A stretch of 63,190 bases of DNA, filler included, from Olpidium bornovanus S191 (Eukaryota; Fungi; Olpidiomycota), in the NCBI GenBank assembly GCA_017911155.1. It is 34 parts of 34 records of this genome, joined end to end, with 100 filler letters (N's around TTAATTAATTAA, not from the genome) between each part and the next. Parts side by side here need not be neighbours in the genome. Positions count along the whole stretch, not along the records: positions 12,052 to 13,659 come from JAEFCI010009101.1; positions 13,760 to 14,797 come from JAEFCI010010374.1; positions 14,898 to 16,011 come from JAEFCI010008243.1; positions 16,112 to 18,102 come from JAEFCI010004807.1; positions 18,203 to 19,995 come from JAEFCI010004038.1; positions 20,096 to 22,638 come from JAEFCI010004073.1; positions 22,739 to 23,742 come from JAEFCI010009018.1; positions 23,843 to 25,309 come from JAEFCI010013421.1; 26 more parts are not named here. One strand, given 5' to 3'. The notes under the pieces were generated by a model. That model searched no databases and was not told the origin of the DNA. It worked only from the letters and a program-made list of their open reading frames with translations. Shown piece by piece: positions 13,259 through 25,309 of the stretch (positions are counted from its first letter, which is position 1; each line of letters opens with the position of its first letter). Position numbers and translations under genes: made by a program.

Positions 13259-13260
13259 CC
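12750..13260. repeat. Low-complexity purine-rich (GA-rich), poly-G and poly-C tracts
   Basis: Visible homopolymer and dinucleotide runs; the ORFs over them are artefacts. Confidence 0.85.
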
Positions 13261-13901
13261 ACCGCCCGAATTCCCCGCACACCCGCCCATACCGTAATTC
13301 CAGCAGCAGCGGTTGCACGCCGCCGCCCAGGCCGGCGCCGGCCACTCGTCCGCGGCGGCCGCGGCGTCCGAGACGGGGTCCTGGGCCGGCGGCGCTCTCT
13401 CCGGGAGGAGGACGAGGGGAAGCGGCGGCCGCGCTCGAGGCCGGGATCCCGCCCGAGGCTGGGACGCCGCCCGCGGCCGCCCGGGGCCGGTCCGGCGCGC
13501 GCGCCGGGGTTGGCGGCGGTGGTGGCGGCGGTCCGGCGTCGTCGCCGGCGCCGGGGCGTGGCCGGACGCCGCCGGAAAAAGGACGTCCATTTTTTGGCGA
13601 GGGTCGCAGAGGACGGCGGCGAGGGAGGAGCTCGGCGGGGGGGGGGGGGAAAGGGGGGGNNNNNNNNNNNNNNNNNNNNNNNNNNNNNNNNNNNNNNNNN
13701 NNNTTAATTAATTAANNNNNNNNNNNNNNNNNNNNNNNNNNNNNNNNNNNNNNNNNNNNACGAGATTGTTGCAAATCTCCATAAGGTACCGCATTGCGTA
13801 TCCGGTGACAGCCGTTGTACAGATGCGCCCCTTGTTTCGACACATGCACACGGCCAACTGATCTTTTTTGTTTTTTTTTTTTTTTTTTGGTCCGTTCTCA
13901 C

Positions 13902-14040
13902 CAGCGCGTCCGACGGCTTGTAAGTCAGCTCTTTGCGGAGAAAGGCGATCACGGCCTGGAACTTATTTGACGCGGTTATCTTGTAGAAATTCTGCTTCAT
14001 GATCGGCGCATTCCCCACCGCCCGGAACCGGACGATCACT
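13902..14040 (-). CDS. ATG12: Ubiquitin-like autophagy protein Atg12, internal exon
   Basis: IVRFRAVGNAPIMKQNFYKITASNKFQAVIAFLRKELTYKPSDAL, flanked by an AG acceptor and a GTGAG donor. Confidence 0.9.
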
Positions 14041-14897
14041 GTCGACCACGCACGTCAGCTAGTCGTCGTGTGGCGCGCGTTTTTCCCGGGTGGCGGCGGG
14101 TATTGCGTGGAGCCAAAAACTTCTCGCCATGTTCCTTTCATTCCGCTGATCCCTTTTTTTCCGTCGCGGCCCGCTCCGCCCCTCCGTCCTCCCTCTCTCC
14201 CACCATCACCCACCGCCACCCACCGTTGTCGTCCCGGGGGAGGTGGGAAAGGGGGGGGGAAGGGGGGAGGGGGGTAAGGCTGTTCTTTCCGGCATCCCCC
14301 TCCGCCCCACCTCCCGCCGCAGCCAAGGAAGGTGACAGAGGTTACGAACCCTTGTTGGAGTCTCCCTTGGACTTCACAGTCCCGCCTGCCGCGGGCGAAG
14401 CGGAAAGGGATTCCGACGACATGGTTTTTTTTTTTCCTTCCCGGCCTGGCAGCGGTCGAGGTCCGCCTTCACCTCAGCAATTTGAGCTGTTTCGGGGAAG
14501 ACCTCAGCACTCGCCTAAAAAAGCCACGACTTAACCAACCGCCCCTCTGCAGCTACACCAATATCAACTCGGCGTGCGAGCAGCGAAACCGCACCAAACA
14601 CGGGCCACCATGGGCCGATGGCCGTCAGGTCAGCCATCAACCACCTGTCAGCTGGTCAGCCGTTGAGCGGGCCACCATCGGCCACCAACCGTCTGTTGCC
14701 CATGTGGCACTATACTCAATATAAGGCTCTCCAATCTACACTCCAACGCCGTCAATCGAGGCATCTACCCTCTCGAAGGCAAATGGTTCACGAGGGGNNN
14801 NNNNNNNNNNNNNNNNNNNNNNNNNNNNNNNNNNNNNNNNNTTAATTAATTAANNNNNNNNNNNNNNNNNNNNNNNNNNNNNNNNNNNNNNNNNNNN

Positions 14898-15778
14898 CAT
14901 GCCGTCTTCAAGGCGGTCAGCCTGCGAGGAAACCTCGTGAAGCACCTCGCCGACGAACTCGGCGGCGAAGCCGACCCCTCCCGATACGCCTTCGGCATTG
15001 CCGGCGGTTGCGTCTGGAGTGGTGAGTAGCCTTTCTCCCGTCTGCACAGATACCTCTCTGTTATTTTCCTTCTTCTCCCTTTCGAAATTGCTGATGTCAG
15101 CTTGCGCTTTCAGCGCGGCAAACTGAAGCTGCGTGACCAGGCTTGATAGCTGCGCAATGGTGTCAAACGCGGCGGAATCTGTGTTGTTGAGGGAGCCGTC
15201 GATTATCCTGTGGAAATGCGCAATAAATGGGAAAAAACAATTAGAGCGCCGGACAGCGATTAAGTTGCACGGTCCGCGCAAGGTCTCGGCGCACTTGAGA
15301 ACGTCGTATCCGAGGGCTTCCAGGCTTTTCAAGTGGCTAGTTTTAATTTCTAGTTCTCTCAGGCGCGCCTGTTTCTCCTGTGCACCGAGAGTGGAATTTC
15401 TCAAAATAGCCTGCTTCTGCCTCGTAAGCCTGCGAGCGACAGATGCCTTGCGGGCGAAGTTGTCATGCAGGCTGAGCCCTGGAGCCCAATCCACCGACCA
15501 CCGTCTCGAATTTCGCAAATCCTTCTGATGCGGCCGCGTTAGCAGTGCAGGTTAAGACGCCAAGTCCCACGGCAAACGCGTTGCCGCTTCACCTGGTACT
15601 CGACCTCCGCGCCCGGGATGGAAGCCGACGCGGCTGAAGCTGCATGGGGGACTTGCACCCCCCGAGGATCGCGGATCGCGCCGGCGGCGGCGAGGCCGCG
15701 CAGGGCTCCGCTGAGAAGCGCGCACACGACCAGGGGCGCAAGGAGCAGCTTCGCACGCAGCCTGACGATCGTCCGCAT
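14898..15778 (-). CDS. Hypothetical secreted or membrane protein with a coiled-coil region (3' partial)
   Basis: Signal-peptide-like first exon MRTIVRLRAKLLLAPLVVCALLSGALRGLAAAG, followed by long open exon(s) at 14898-15518. Family not recognised. Confidence 0.45.
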
Positions 15779-15973
15779 GACCGATCGCGCTGTTCCAGAA
15801 GACAGAAGCGGGCGGAAACCGGATTTGGGAGGGGCGGGAGCGGTGACGTGGCAGCAGCGGGCTTTGCGCAGGTTCCGCCCGCAGGCGCCGCCGGACGCGT
15901 GGTTGGTAGGCGGACCGGGGTGCGGGTGCGGAGCGGCGGGGGCGCGGCGGGGGGGGGGGGGGGGGGGGGGAGG

Positions 15974-16006
<33 letters not shown>

Positions 16007-17128
16007 TGGCGNNNNNNNNNNNNNNNNNNNNNNNNNNNNNNNNNNNNNNNNNNNNTTAATTAATTAANNNNNNNNNNNNNNNNNNNNNNNNNNNNNNNNN
16101 NNNNNNNNNNNCGCCGGCGCCCCCCCCCCCCCCCCCCCCCCGGGGCCGGGGGGGGGGGGGGGGGGGGGGGGGAGGGGAGGGGCGCAGGCATCGTTCACAT
16201 TTGTACCGGCCGCTCCCTCATACCGCGCACCATTCTCTTTGCAGATTTGACCTCGTTGAATGTTCACAGTACATCTTGCTTCTGCCGATTCCTCTCCACA
16301 TGGCGCATCGGGAAGCCGAGTGCGCAAATGGGGTGGATGGAATTGTTTCCCCATACCGAGGCCGGCCGGTGAAGTGCCCATTGTTTCCCGGCGATTTTTG
16401 TTTCCCATACCCAGGTCGGCTATTGTCGCCAACGTTTCACGGCGGTTTTTTTTTTTTTTTCCCGTTTTCCGAGCGCCCGTGAGAGCGGCGGGACACCGGC
16501 CGCAGTTTCGGATGAAAAAACCTGCGTCGACAAGCCGGGGAAATAAAAAAGAAAAAAAAAAAAAAGAAAAACGCCGAGGCACCGGCGCCCGTCGCGCGGG
16601 AATGCACGGGTTGCCATGGGCAGATCCCGGGCGCGGGATCGGACGGCCCACCCCTTCCCTTCCCCAATTCCTCGTCCAACGTCCCGCGCGCAGCGGGGGG
16701 GAATTTAAAGGGTGGTAAAGCAGACATTCATCCTCTTCACTTTCAAGTTTTCCAGAAAGGAGCTCTTTTTCTGTTGGTCCTCCTCGGCCCCTCGTTGAGA
16801 ACAGCGAATTTGCGACGAAACCTTTGTCGCTCGATCTCGGACGTCACCGCCGAAATAGGCCCAGGACCCGCCGTGCCGCGAGGTGCGTTGCAGCGCTGCC
16901 GGTCGAGTGCCAGGTCGGGCGCGGGGAAGGGGCAGGGTGTGGGGGTTGGGGGGGGAAGGGTGGAGGGACGGGGGCATGGGAGATTTTCAGCAGCGCTTTT
17001 CGTGCGCATGAATTACAAATCTGCTCACGCCAATCGTACAAATTTGCCCACGTCCGTCGTGTTTCTAGCCGTTTAAATCGTACAAATTTCACCTCGCTCG
17101 CCTCGGTCCGTCCTAGCCGTCGCCCGCC

Positions 17129-17840
17129 ATGGAACCCCCCCCGTACTTCGAGACGTGCTGGGCGCTCATGAGCGAGATCTCGCTTTTCGTCACGCTCACC
17201 TCCTTGTGGATGATGGGGATCTACGGCCGGAACAAGATACTGGCAGTTCCGCTGGTCGTGGGAGTCGCCGGGTGCATCGCCAACGGCCTCTGCTACTACG
17301 CCTACTACGCGCTCTACCCGCTCGCAAACCAGCGGACCGCGGCGGCTGTCGCCGACATCGGGTGGCTCGTCCAGGAGTGCGGCCTGTCGTTCTATAGCTT
17401 CCAGATCCTGAGGAGCATCCTCACGGGCAAGAAGAGGATAATTTACTTCGCCACCTTCGGCACCTTCTGCGGGCTGACCGTCCTGGCGAGGATCCTGATC
17501 CTCGCGTTCCGGCAAAAGGGCTTCGAGGGCATGGACGTGCAGGCCACGGTCAACGCGTTCCACATGGTGTACTTCCTGGCGATCGCCTGCATGGAGGTCG
17601 CCAACGCCTGGTTCCTGATGAACAAGCTCGGCGCCAACTCGGCGGTGTCCAGCCAGAGCGCCGTGCGCGAGACCCTGATCGCGAGCAGCGAGCTCCGCAT
17701 GGCCTCGCTCTGCCTCATCGGCATCATGCGCGCCGTGACGTACTACTTCCAGTCCGCCGCCCAGGCCGCCTCGAACGTCGCCGGCGAGTTGGACCGGTTT
17801 GTCGCCGGCCTGGAAAACCTGTTCCCGTTCGTGATGCTGG
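17129..17840 (+). CDS. Multi-pass (about 6-7 TM) membrane protein of unknown function, probably continuing after an intron
   Basis: Clean ORF with strong C/G third-position bias, six to seven hydrophobic segments, and a GTGAGT donor after LENLFPFVML. It resembles an uncharacterised fungal family (WLVQECGLSFYS, SELRMA, LDRF motifs), recalled from memory. Confidence 0.8.
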
Positions 17841-17950
17841 TGAGTCCGCCGCTCCGCCGCCCCGCCCCTTCGCCGCACCCGGGGCTTCCCCCGGCTTTTT
17901 GCGTCTAGCCTGCCCGCCTCCCACGCCCACCCACCCGCGCTCCTTTTTTT

Positions 17951-17993
<43 letters not shown>

Positions 17994-18006
17994 CCCCCCC
18001 CCTTTT

Positions 18007-18043
<37 letters not shown>

Positions 18044-18380
18044 TTCTTCCCCCCCCCCCCCTTCTTCTCCGCTCCCTGCCTGCGTGGCAGACACAGGTCG
18101 CGNNNNNNNNNNNNNNNNNNNNNNNNNNNNNNNNNNNNNNNNNNNNTTAATTAATTAANNNNNNNNNNNNNNNNNNNNNNNNNNNNNNNNNNNNNNNNNN
18201 NNCCCCTAAATGTTTTGTTCCCGTCTTGTTTCCCCTTTATGTAATTTTACTCTCTGAATATGACGCGTCTCCGTACGCACTCCAAAACTCCCCATAACCG
18301 ACAGGTTATGAGCCCAAGGGGACACTGACGGCCCCGAGCTCGCTCCGCAGCAGCGTGCGCCTCGTCTCTCACCGCCGCGA

Positions 18381-19995
18381 CCCGGCCAGTCCCGACGGCG
18401 AGTTCAGGCGACAGGAATCGTCCTTCAGGGATATCATCGGCGAAAAGTCGCGCCATTTCCGGCCCGAAGCGTGAGTCTCGCGCGGCGGCCGATCCCCTCG
18501 TGTATTTCTCCGCTGCGTCGGCGGCGTCCCGGATCGCCGAACCGCCGTTTCTGCCCGCGAACGGCTCACCCACAGAATTTGACCCTCACCCCCAGCGGCC
18601 GCTACATCCTTTACGTGTCGCTGGCTTGCCCTTGGGTTTGTGAATTTTTTAGACAAAGGCTGCGCACGTTGCGGGAGGCCCCGACCCGCCCCGCCCCTCC
18701 CCTCCCCTTCGTCGCTCAGGCGAACGTCTCAATATAATCTTGCGCGCAGGCTCATCGCACCCTGGTGGTCCGCGCTCTCAAAAACCTGGAGAAGATCATC
18801 GACGTCGTAGTGGTAGGTCTGGAGAGAGAGAGAGAGAGAGATGCGTTTCTGGATTTGCGACGCCAGCGCTAGATTTCGATGGCGATTTGTTCGTTTCCCA
18901 GGTTGATCCTGTCATGGGCGAACAAGGCTGGAGCTTCTCCGACGTACGAGGCGCCGTGCCATACGCTGGGGCTCCCTGGCGATAAGAGGGGAAAGGCCTT
19001 TTTTACTGAAATTGTTGCAGCCAGAAAAATTTGAGGGCTGCAACCCGGATCCGTTGTACGGAGCTCAGTACTTGCGGGATATATACTACAAGGCGGACCC
19101 CGACTATCGCGGTAAGACCGTTATTTCCGGCAGTCCAGAGCCGTATCATTTGCCGAGAGTAGCGCCGCCGACAGCCACAATTGCAACTTTTCGTTCTTGT
19201 TACCGACAGGGCGCTTTACGGTTCCCTGCCTGTTTGACCAGTTGAAGGAGGTGAGGTGACCTGCTGTGCCAACCCTTGCCCGGTAGTCTCTCCATGTTGG
19301 CTCGCTAATTTAGTTGCTGTCGTCACGTTTTCCGGCGCAAGACGATCGGTAAGTACGCACACAGTTTGGTTGTCGCATGCCTTGCGTTCCAAAACCACCT
19401 TTCGTGCGCGAACCTACGATTGAAGGGCCTTTATCTCGCATACCAGTCAACAACGAGTCCAGCGAAATAATTCGCATGATGAACTCTGCGTTCGATGGCT
19501 TGGCCGATGTCAACAAGGAAGTCGACCTATGTCCGGAGTCTCTTCGTGAAGGTCTGTATTTGGCGTCTATGCGCAGGGTCGTTGGGAGCTGAATCGTGCA
19601 GTGGACTCGAGTCATGGATTATTCCCACAGAAATCGACAAGACAAATTCTTGGGTCTACGACATGATCAACAACGGTTAGAATACGCAGCAAGGGGATTT
19701 CTCGCGTTTCTGGAAAGTAGGGCAGTCTGATCACTTTTTTTCTTCCCCCCCCCCCCCCGCTGCGCAGGGGTTTACAAGAGCGGGTTTGCTACCACGCAAA
19801 AAGCGTGTGAGTACGTTTCCAGGCAAGTCAAATTCTCGCTGGATGATGGTCTGGTATTTGATACACGTGCTGCACATGCCCCACTTTCGTCTTCAGACGA
19901 GAATCACGTCTACAAGGTATTCGAAGGCCTGGACCGTTGCGAAGATATTCTGAAAAACCAGAAATTCCTTGTCGGTGACACGTTCACCGAGGCCG
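18381..19995 (+). CDS. ECM4: Glutathionyl-hydroquinone reductase / omega-like GST (Ecm4/Gto/YqjG family), 3' partial
   Basis: DGEFRRQESSFRD / GRYILYVSLACPW / AHRTLVVRALKKLE / VDPVMGEQGWSF / DPLYGAQYLRDIYYKADPDYRG / VNNESSEIIRMMNSAF / WVYDMINNG / VYKSGFATTQ / FLVGDTFTEA. Confidence 0.95.
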
Positions 19996-20635
19996 NNNNN
20001 NNNNNNNNNNNNNNNNNNNNNNNNNNNNNNNNNNNNNNNTTAATTAATTAANNNNNNNNNNNNNNNNNNNNNNNNNNNNNNNNNNNNNNNNNNNNACCGC
20101 GAACACATCCGGAAAGAAACAAAAAAAAAAAAGTTCTGAGCCTTTCCGTTTCGGCATCCCGCGCCGCCGCCCGTCGTTTGTCATAATTGTATCAATTACA
20201 ATTCGCCGAATCATGCCAACGCGCGCCCGCGCGGCGTCATATTTTTCTCACGCGAAACTGCGCTTCCAAAAAAAAACTGAGACCGCGGGAACAGCACGCG
20301 TGTATATAAACCCGCCGGTCCCGCCGCCGCCTCCCGCCGGCCCCCTCCTTCCCCACGCTCGCCCGCCCGAACGCGGACGCCCATCCGAAGTACGCGCCGA
20401 GAAAAAGGTAGAACGTTTTTTGCCCCGGCCGGTCTTCCGCGACGGGACAAGAAAAAGGGCTTACGTGTTCGTACTTTCCCGGTCCGCTTTCCCTCCCCCG
20501 GGGCGGCACTCGCTTTTACCGAGCAGTATCTGACCGCGGTATTTCCCGCAAGCAGCAAAAGGGGTCATTTGTTCCCTTCGCGCCGCATACTCTTGAGCGT
20601 CGAAAACAAAAAAGTCCGCGGAGACAAGAAAAGAA

Positions 20636-20878
20636 ATGGAGCACGCGAAGATGGGTAAGGGCGGCAACCCAATGACTCCGTCGGACGCCGCGCGTATCCA
20701 GGCGGCGCAGGCGAAGGGCGGCGGCGACATGGGGCCCGGCGGGTTCGCCGCGCGCGCGCAAGCCGCGGCGGCGAAAAATGTCAATGCCGGCGCGGTCGGG
20801 CACGGAGGCGGCGGCGGCGGCGCGGGGGGCGGTCAAGGCGGGAACAAGGGCGGCGGTCCGCAGAAGGCCGGACGTTGA
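20636..20878 (+). CDS. Small Gly/Ala-rich SMP-domain (seed maturation protein / LEA-like) fungal protein
   Basis: PMTPSDAARIQAAQAKGGGDMGPGGFAARAQAAAAKN matches the fungal SMP-like MTxxDAxRIQS...GGFAARAQSA motif. A TATATAAA box lies at about 20303-20310. Confidence 0.75.
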   Translation: MEHAKMGKGGNPMTPSDAARIQAAQAKGGGDMGPGGFAARAQAAAAKNVNAGAVGHGGGGGGAGGGQGGNKGGGPQKAGR

Positions 20879-22818
20879 CCGCCGAGATTCTGTTTTTGGT
20901 GGTATGCCGGAAAGACGCTTCTCTTTTCTTTTTTTTTTTTTTGTTTCCTTCTTGTCTGCGAGTGGGCCCCACTGCGCGCCCATCTCTCTCCCGCCCTTTT
21001 TTTCTTCAGAAAATCCAGTGTCGTTCCCTTCTTTCTGCCGATTGCACTTTTGATACCTCGTCTTAACGAAATCAATCAGCTCGTTTGTCCGGATGCTCTT
21101 GACTTTCTCACGGAAAGAAAACGATCGGTGCGGGCGCGCACGGACGGGCGCGTTTGATCGGGAATTCCCCCCTCGCGCAGTTATTCGGTGCCTTGGACGG
21201 GCAGGAGGGAGCTGCGCGCCCCCTAAACGCCCCAAGCACCCCCAGGCCACCGGCCGTGTAAGGACCGCGGAGAGCCGTCTCCAGCACCAAAAGCCGCAGA
21301 TAGATCTGCAGCTACGATTCTTTGTTCAAATACTGGAATTGAACACTACTTACAGGTTACTAGATAATTGTAATTAAGTGTGCTATAATGGCGTACAATC
21401 AAAACGGGCTTGGAGTGTCCCTGCAACAAAGCAGAAGTCTCCAACCTGGCCGGGAGGCGAGCTGTTTGGTTTTCGCTCTGTACTGGGGGCACAAGCCCCA
21501 TTCAAATTGTTGAGCTGAGCGGGCCAACTAGCTTGACCCGAATTACAGAGTGAAATTGCACAGGCGGGTGAACAGAAACCTTTGGAACTCGGTGCAACAG
21601 AAAAAGGAACAAGGGTGGCCTGCGTGTTGCTGAGCTGGATAGGGTTTTTTTTAACTACGGGCGGCGACACCGACTGACCTTGGCGACAACGGCGCCTTGA
21701 CCGTTCTCCTCCTTCTCTCCTTTCCGTCCTTTCATCCTTCCATCCTCCTTCCTTCCATTTAACCTGAATACACCACGCGAGCAGAAAAGAAACTGTCCCT
21801 TCCCCCCTCCCCCTTCCCCCCCCAAAAAGCAACCACGTAAGGGATCAACAATTCTACAGTTTCGGCCTGGCCCAACGATTCTGCAGCAAATTCTGCAGTA
21901 AAATCGTTTGAAGCCAGGCCCCAAAACCAGCAGGAGCACAGACAGAAGAACAGGTCCAGCCAGGCGAGCGAACGGGGCGAGAAAGCCTCCAGAGGAAAAA
22001 CGCCCCAGGTCTGTCACCGGTCGGGAGCCGGGGCAGGCCGGGTTTTATGATGTGTTATTTTTTTTGATTTTTATTCGCGCCCTGTCAGACGTTAACCGAT
22101 GCCGCCGTCGCGCGCCGTCGCGGCGCTGTCGGCGCTGCGCCGCTTTGCCGCGGTCGTGCTCCCGCCGTCGCGTGCGCTCACGCTTCGTGCGTCGTCGTGC
22201 GCCGCGGGACGCGACAGCACCAGCAACAGCGACAAACAACCGCCGAACGCGGCCCGTTAGCGCGTGCAACCGCGCGCAAAAGGCCATTCGGCCGCACGCG
22301 TAACGACGACATAAAAAAAAAAGAAAAACCAACAACTGGCCGCGAACGTGATGATTGCCTGCGAGCCTAAGACTCTCTTAATGCCCCCGTAAGCAGAGCG
22401 GGCTCACCGCGCATTCTGCTCTCGTCCGGATTACAACGACAGTTCGGCGGCCCCCGGGACAGGGACGACTTCGTGCCGCGGGGCCGCGAGCGCGACCGAA
22501 CAAGACGGCGCATACCCGGATGGACCTAACCGCCGACCCTAACCGCCCGCGGCTTCTAACCTTAACCTCCAGCAGCTCTGGTTGATATTATTATTGTGGG
22601 TTCCCGGCGGTTCGGTATGCCAATACTCAGAGTACATGNNNNNNNNNNNNNNNNNNNNNNNNNNNNNNNNNNNNNNNNNNNNTTAATTAATTAANNNNNN
22701 NNNNNNNNNNNNNNNNNNNNNNNNNNNNNNNNNNNNNNCATGGAGGCAGAGCAAAAAGCAAAAAAAAAAAAAAAAAATCGCCCCGGTTTGCCACACGTGC
22801 GGCGTTTCCCCCTCGTCG

Positions 22819-23421
22819 TTGTCGTCGAGATGTTGGCCCGGAGCGGTCTTTGCCCAGCGGGTGCGCCGGCCGCCCACTATCCCTAGAGGTCGCCCGGGAT
22901 TGCAAAAAGTCGCTCTCGCCCCGCGACAGGTCCATAAGTATGGTTGTAGCCGGCAGGGCCTGGCCACCGTCGCGGCGCGACGGGGCAAGCATAAGGGTGC
23001 TACAGTGGGACGGCGGAAGCAAGAATGTGCAGGAGTGGCAGGGTCACCTGGCCAGGACCGGTACACGGGCACTCTTGGCCCCACGAGACAACTTGTCGAA
23101 AAACGGCCTTGCGGGTGCCATACGTCGGACACACTTTATGCTAATGTCCGGTATGCTGTACGAATTCGACGTACCGTTCGAAAATGGGCGAAGGCTGTGA
23201 AGATTGCAGTGATCCTCACCAACGCCTCGCCCCACGCAGCCTTGGACGATGGGGCATCCCCTTATGAACGACTCTTCAAGCACAAGCTCGACGTACGACA
23301 TTTCCGCGTAATCAGCTGTTCAGCGCACGACCTTTGCCATAAGCTCGTCGACGCCCAGGTAAATTGGCTCCGAAGGCGGAAGTGGCTGTTAGAATGTCAA
23401 TCTTCCTTATGTACTCTATAG
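22819..23421 (+). mobile_element. Degenerate Ty1/Copia integrase C-terminal region
   Basis: TLYANVRY...KWAKAVKIAVILTNASPHAALDDGASPYERLFKHKLDVRHFRVISCSAH resembles the Copia consensus (FWAEAVxTAxYLxNRxP...TPYExxxGxKPDxSHLRVFGC). Confidence 0.8.
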
Positions 23422-23842
23422 CTTATATTTTACCCCGAATTAACGCGCCTCCGCACGCACCAAAAACCAACAGTGGCGATGTTTCTGGAATATTCCCTGT
23501 CCGGCCTGGGTGGAAGTTGCTCAACCCGAGTCCTCAGCGCATCATATGGAGCAGAAGCGCCAGATCCGACGAAAGCGGAGGCGGACTCGACTAAGCGGTC
23601 GAATCGCCCGCCCTGGGGATACTGAGCATTGCGAAACTCGTCCGACGACACCGACGTTCAGGATTCCGGGGCAGCGTCACTGCCAACGGAGAGCGAGAGG
23701 TGACGCCAGCGGAGAAGGAAAGAGATATGGAGATTCCCATGCNNNNNNNNNNNNNNNNNNNNNNNNNNNNNNNNNNNNNNNNNNNNTTAATTAATTAANN
23801 NNNNNNNNNNNNNNNNNNNNNNNNNNNNNNNNNNNNNNNNNN

Positions 23843-25080
23843 CATGGAAAGCCAAAAGTTGACTTCCTGGATGGCGGTCCCGCTGGCGGGATCACGGGAA
23901 AGATTCGTAACTTTTTGGATCTCTTTGATCCAGCCATTCACATCCGCCTGCAGCCTATTTTGAAAGCTGGAGTCGGCAAGAAGTTTAGGCTCCACCGCGT
24001 CAATAACGACACGCGTTCCTTGACTGCGGCACTGTGGAGCAGGCGCAATTGGGAGGCAACGTGAGCCGGGGATTCCACTTCGGTTGCACGCGGACCGCAG
24101 CAAATTCGCTCACTTGGTTGACCGCACGCTGAACGGCCGGGTGAATGGTTAAAGATATGTCAGGTATTTCAACGTTCTGTTGGAGGTGCAACAGGGAAAG
24201 CTCCAACTCGGCGATCTTTTTCTTGGTCATCGGAATACCTGCATGGTGACGCACTCAGATGGTCAGACGTTGTGTTCGCGGCGCTGCGGCGGGACCGTAG
24301 ACCGTGCGCACCAAGCTTGCTGTCCTTCTCATCACGGGCTCGCGTTGCGGTGGTATCGGTCGGTGCCTGTTTCGAGCTGACATAGGCGTTGAAAAACGGA
24401 GACACGGCGTAGTGGATGTACGAATGCAACGCCTCGTATGGGCCTGATCCGACACCGCCCAGAACGTCTACACTCGCAGCGCCAGGTAAGTTGGTGAGCT
24501 GCAGTTGGCCCTGTAGCGGTCGAACAGGATCGATCACGGAAGACGTTTTTATCACGGCCAGTGTGCCGACGGTATTGGGCTGATAGGTGAGGTCGAGTGA
24601 AGCAGAGTATGAGAACGTCGGAGGCGCGTCGTCTGAAAAGCGAGCAGACAAGTTAGCGAAGAAAGGCCCTCCGCAGCGGGGGGGGATGGGCGGTGGCGGG
24701 GGGGGGGGGGGGGGGGCGGGGGGGGGGGGGGGGGAAGACGCGCTTTCGGCGCTGGACGATTCGACGGTGCCGTGGGGCACTTTTACGGGACACTGACCGT
24801 CGCGCGCGCCGTAACGCTCCTTATGTATATACAAGACGTGGCACTGCTGATCGGAGACGAACTTGCTTAGAGCGCCGGCGCCGTCCGCGAGCGTGGAGTG
24901 CGAGTCTGCGCGGTCGCCGTGCGTGTCCCCGCCAAGCACGAGCGGCAGCAGCTCCTCGAGGTACCGCCGCAGGACCGCGGGGTCGACGGCCGCAGAAGCA
25001 GCTGCGGGGTCCAGCGCCCCGCCGGGCGCTCCTCCGCTGTTCGCGGCGGCGCCCGCCGGCGGAAGCGCCGCGCCGTCCAT
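23843..25080 (-). CDS. DYN1: Cytoplasmic dynein heavy chain, N-terminal tail (3' partial)
   Basis: [22 protein letters not shown] / [37 protein letters not shown] / [44 protein letters not shown] is the diagnostic DYNC1H1/NudA N-terminus. Confidence 0.96.
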
Positions 25081-25162
25081 GAAAAATGTTTTTGCACCAG
25101 AAAAGTCGCCGCGCCGCGCCGCACCAGTTTTCGGCGTGTGCGGGGCCGGTCGGGGGTTTCTT

Positions 25163-25199
<37 letters not shown>

Positions 25200-25272
25200 C
25201 CTCCCCCCCCCCCCCCCCTCCCCCCCCCCCCCCCGCCCCCCCCCCCCCCCCCCCCCCCCCCTCCCCCCCCCC

Positions 25273-25309
<37 letters not shown>

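Noticed and set aside
22520-22570. Interstitial TTAGGG-type telomeric repeats (CCTAACC variants)
   Set aside because: There are only about four degenerate, non-tandem copies, which could equally be chance or branch-point-like CTAAC motifs.
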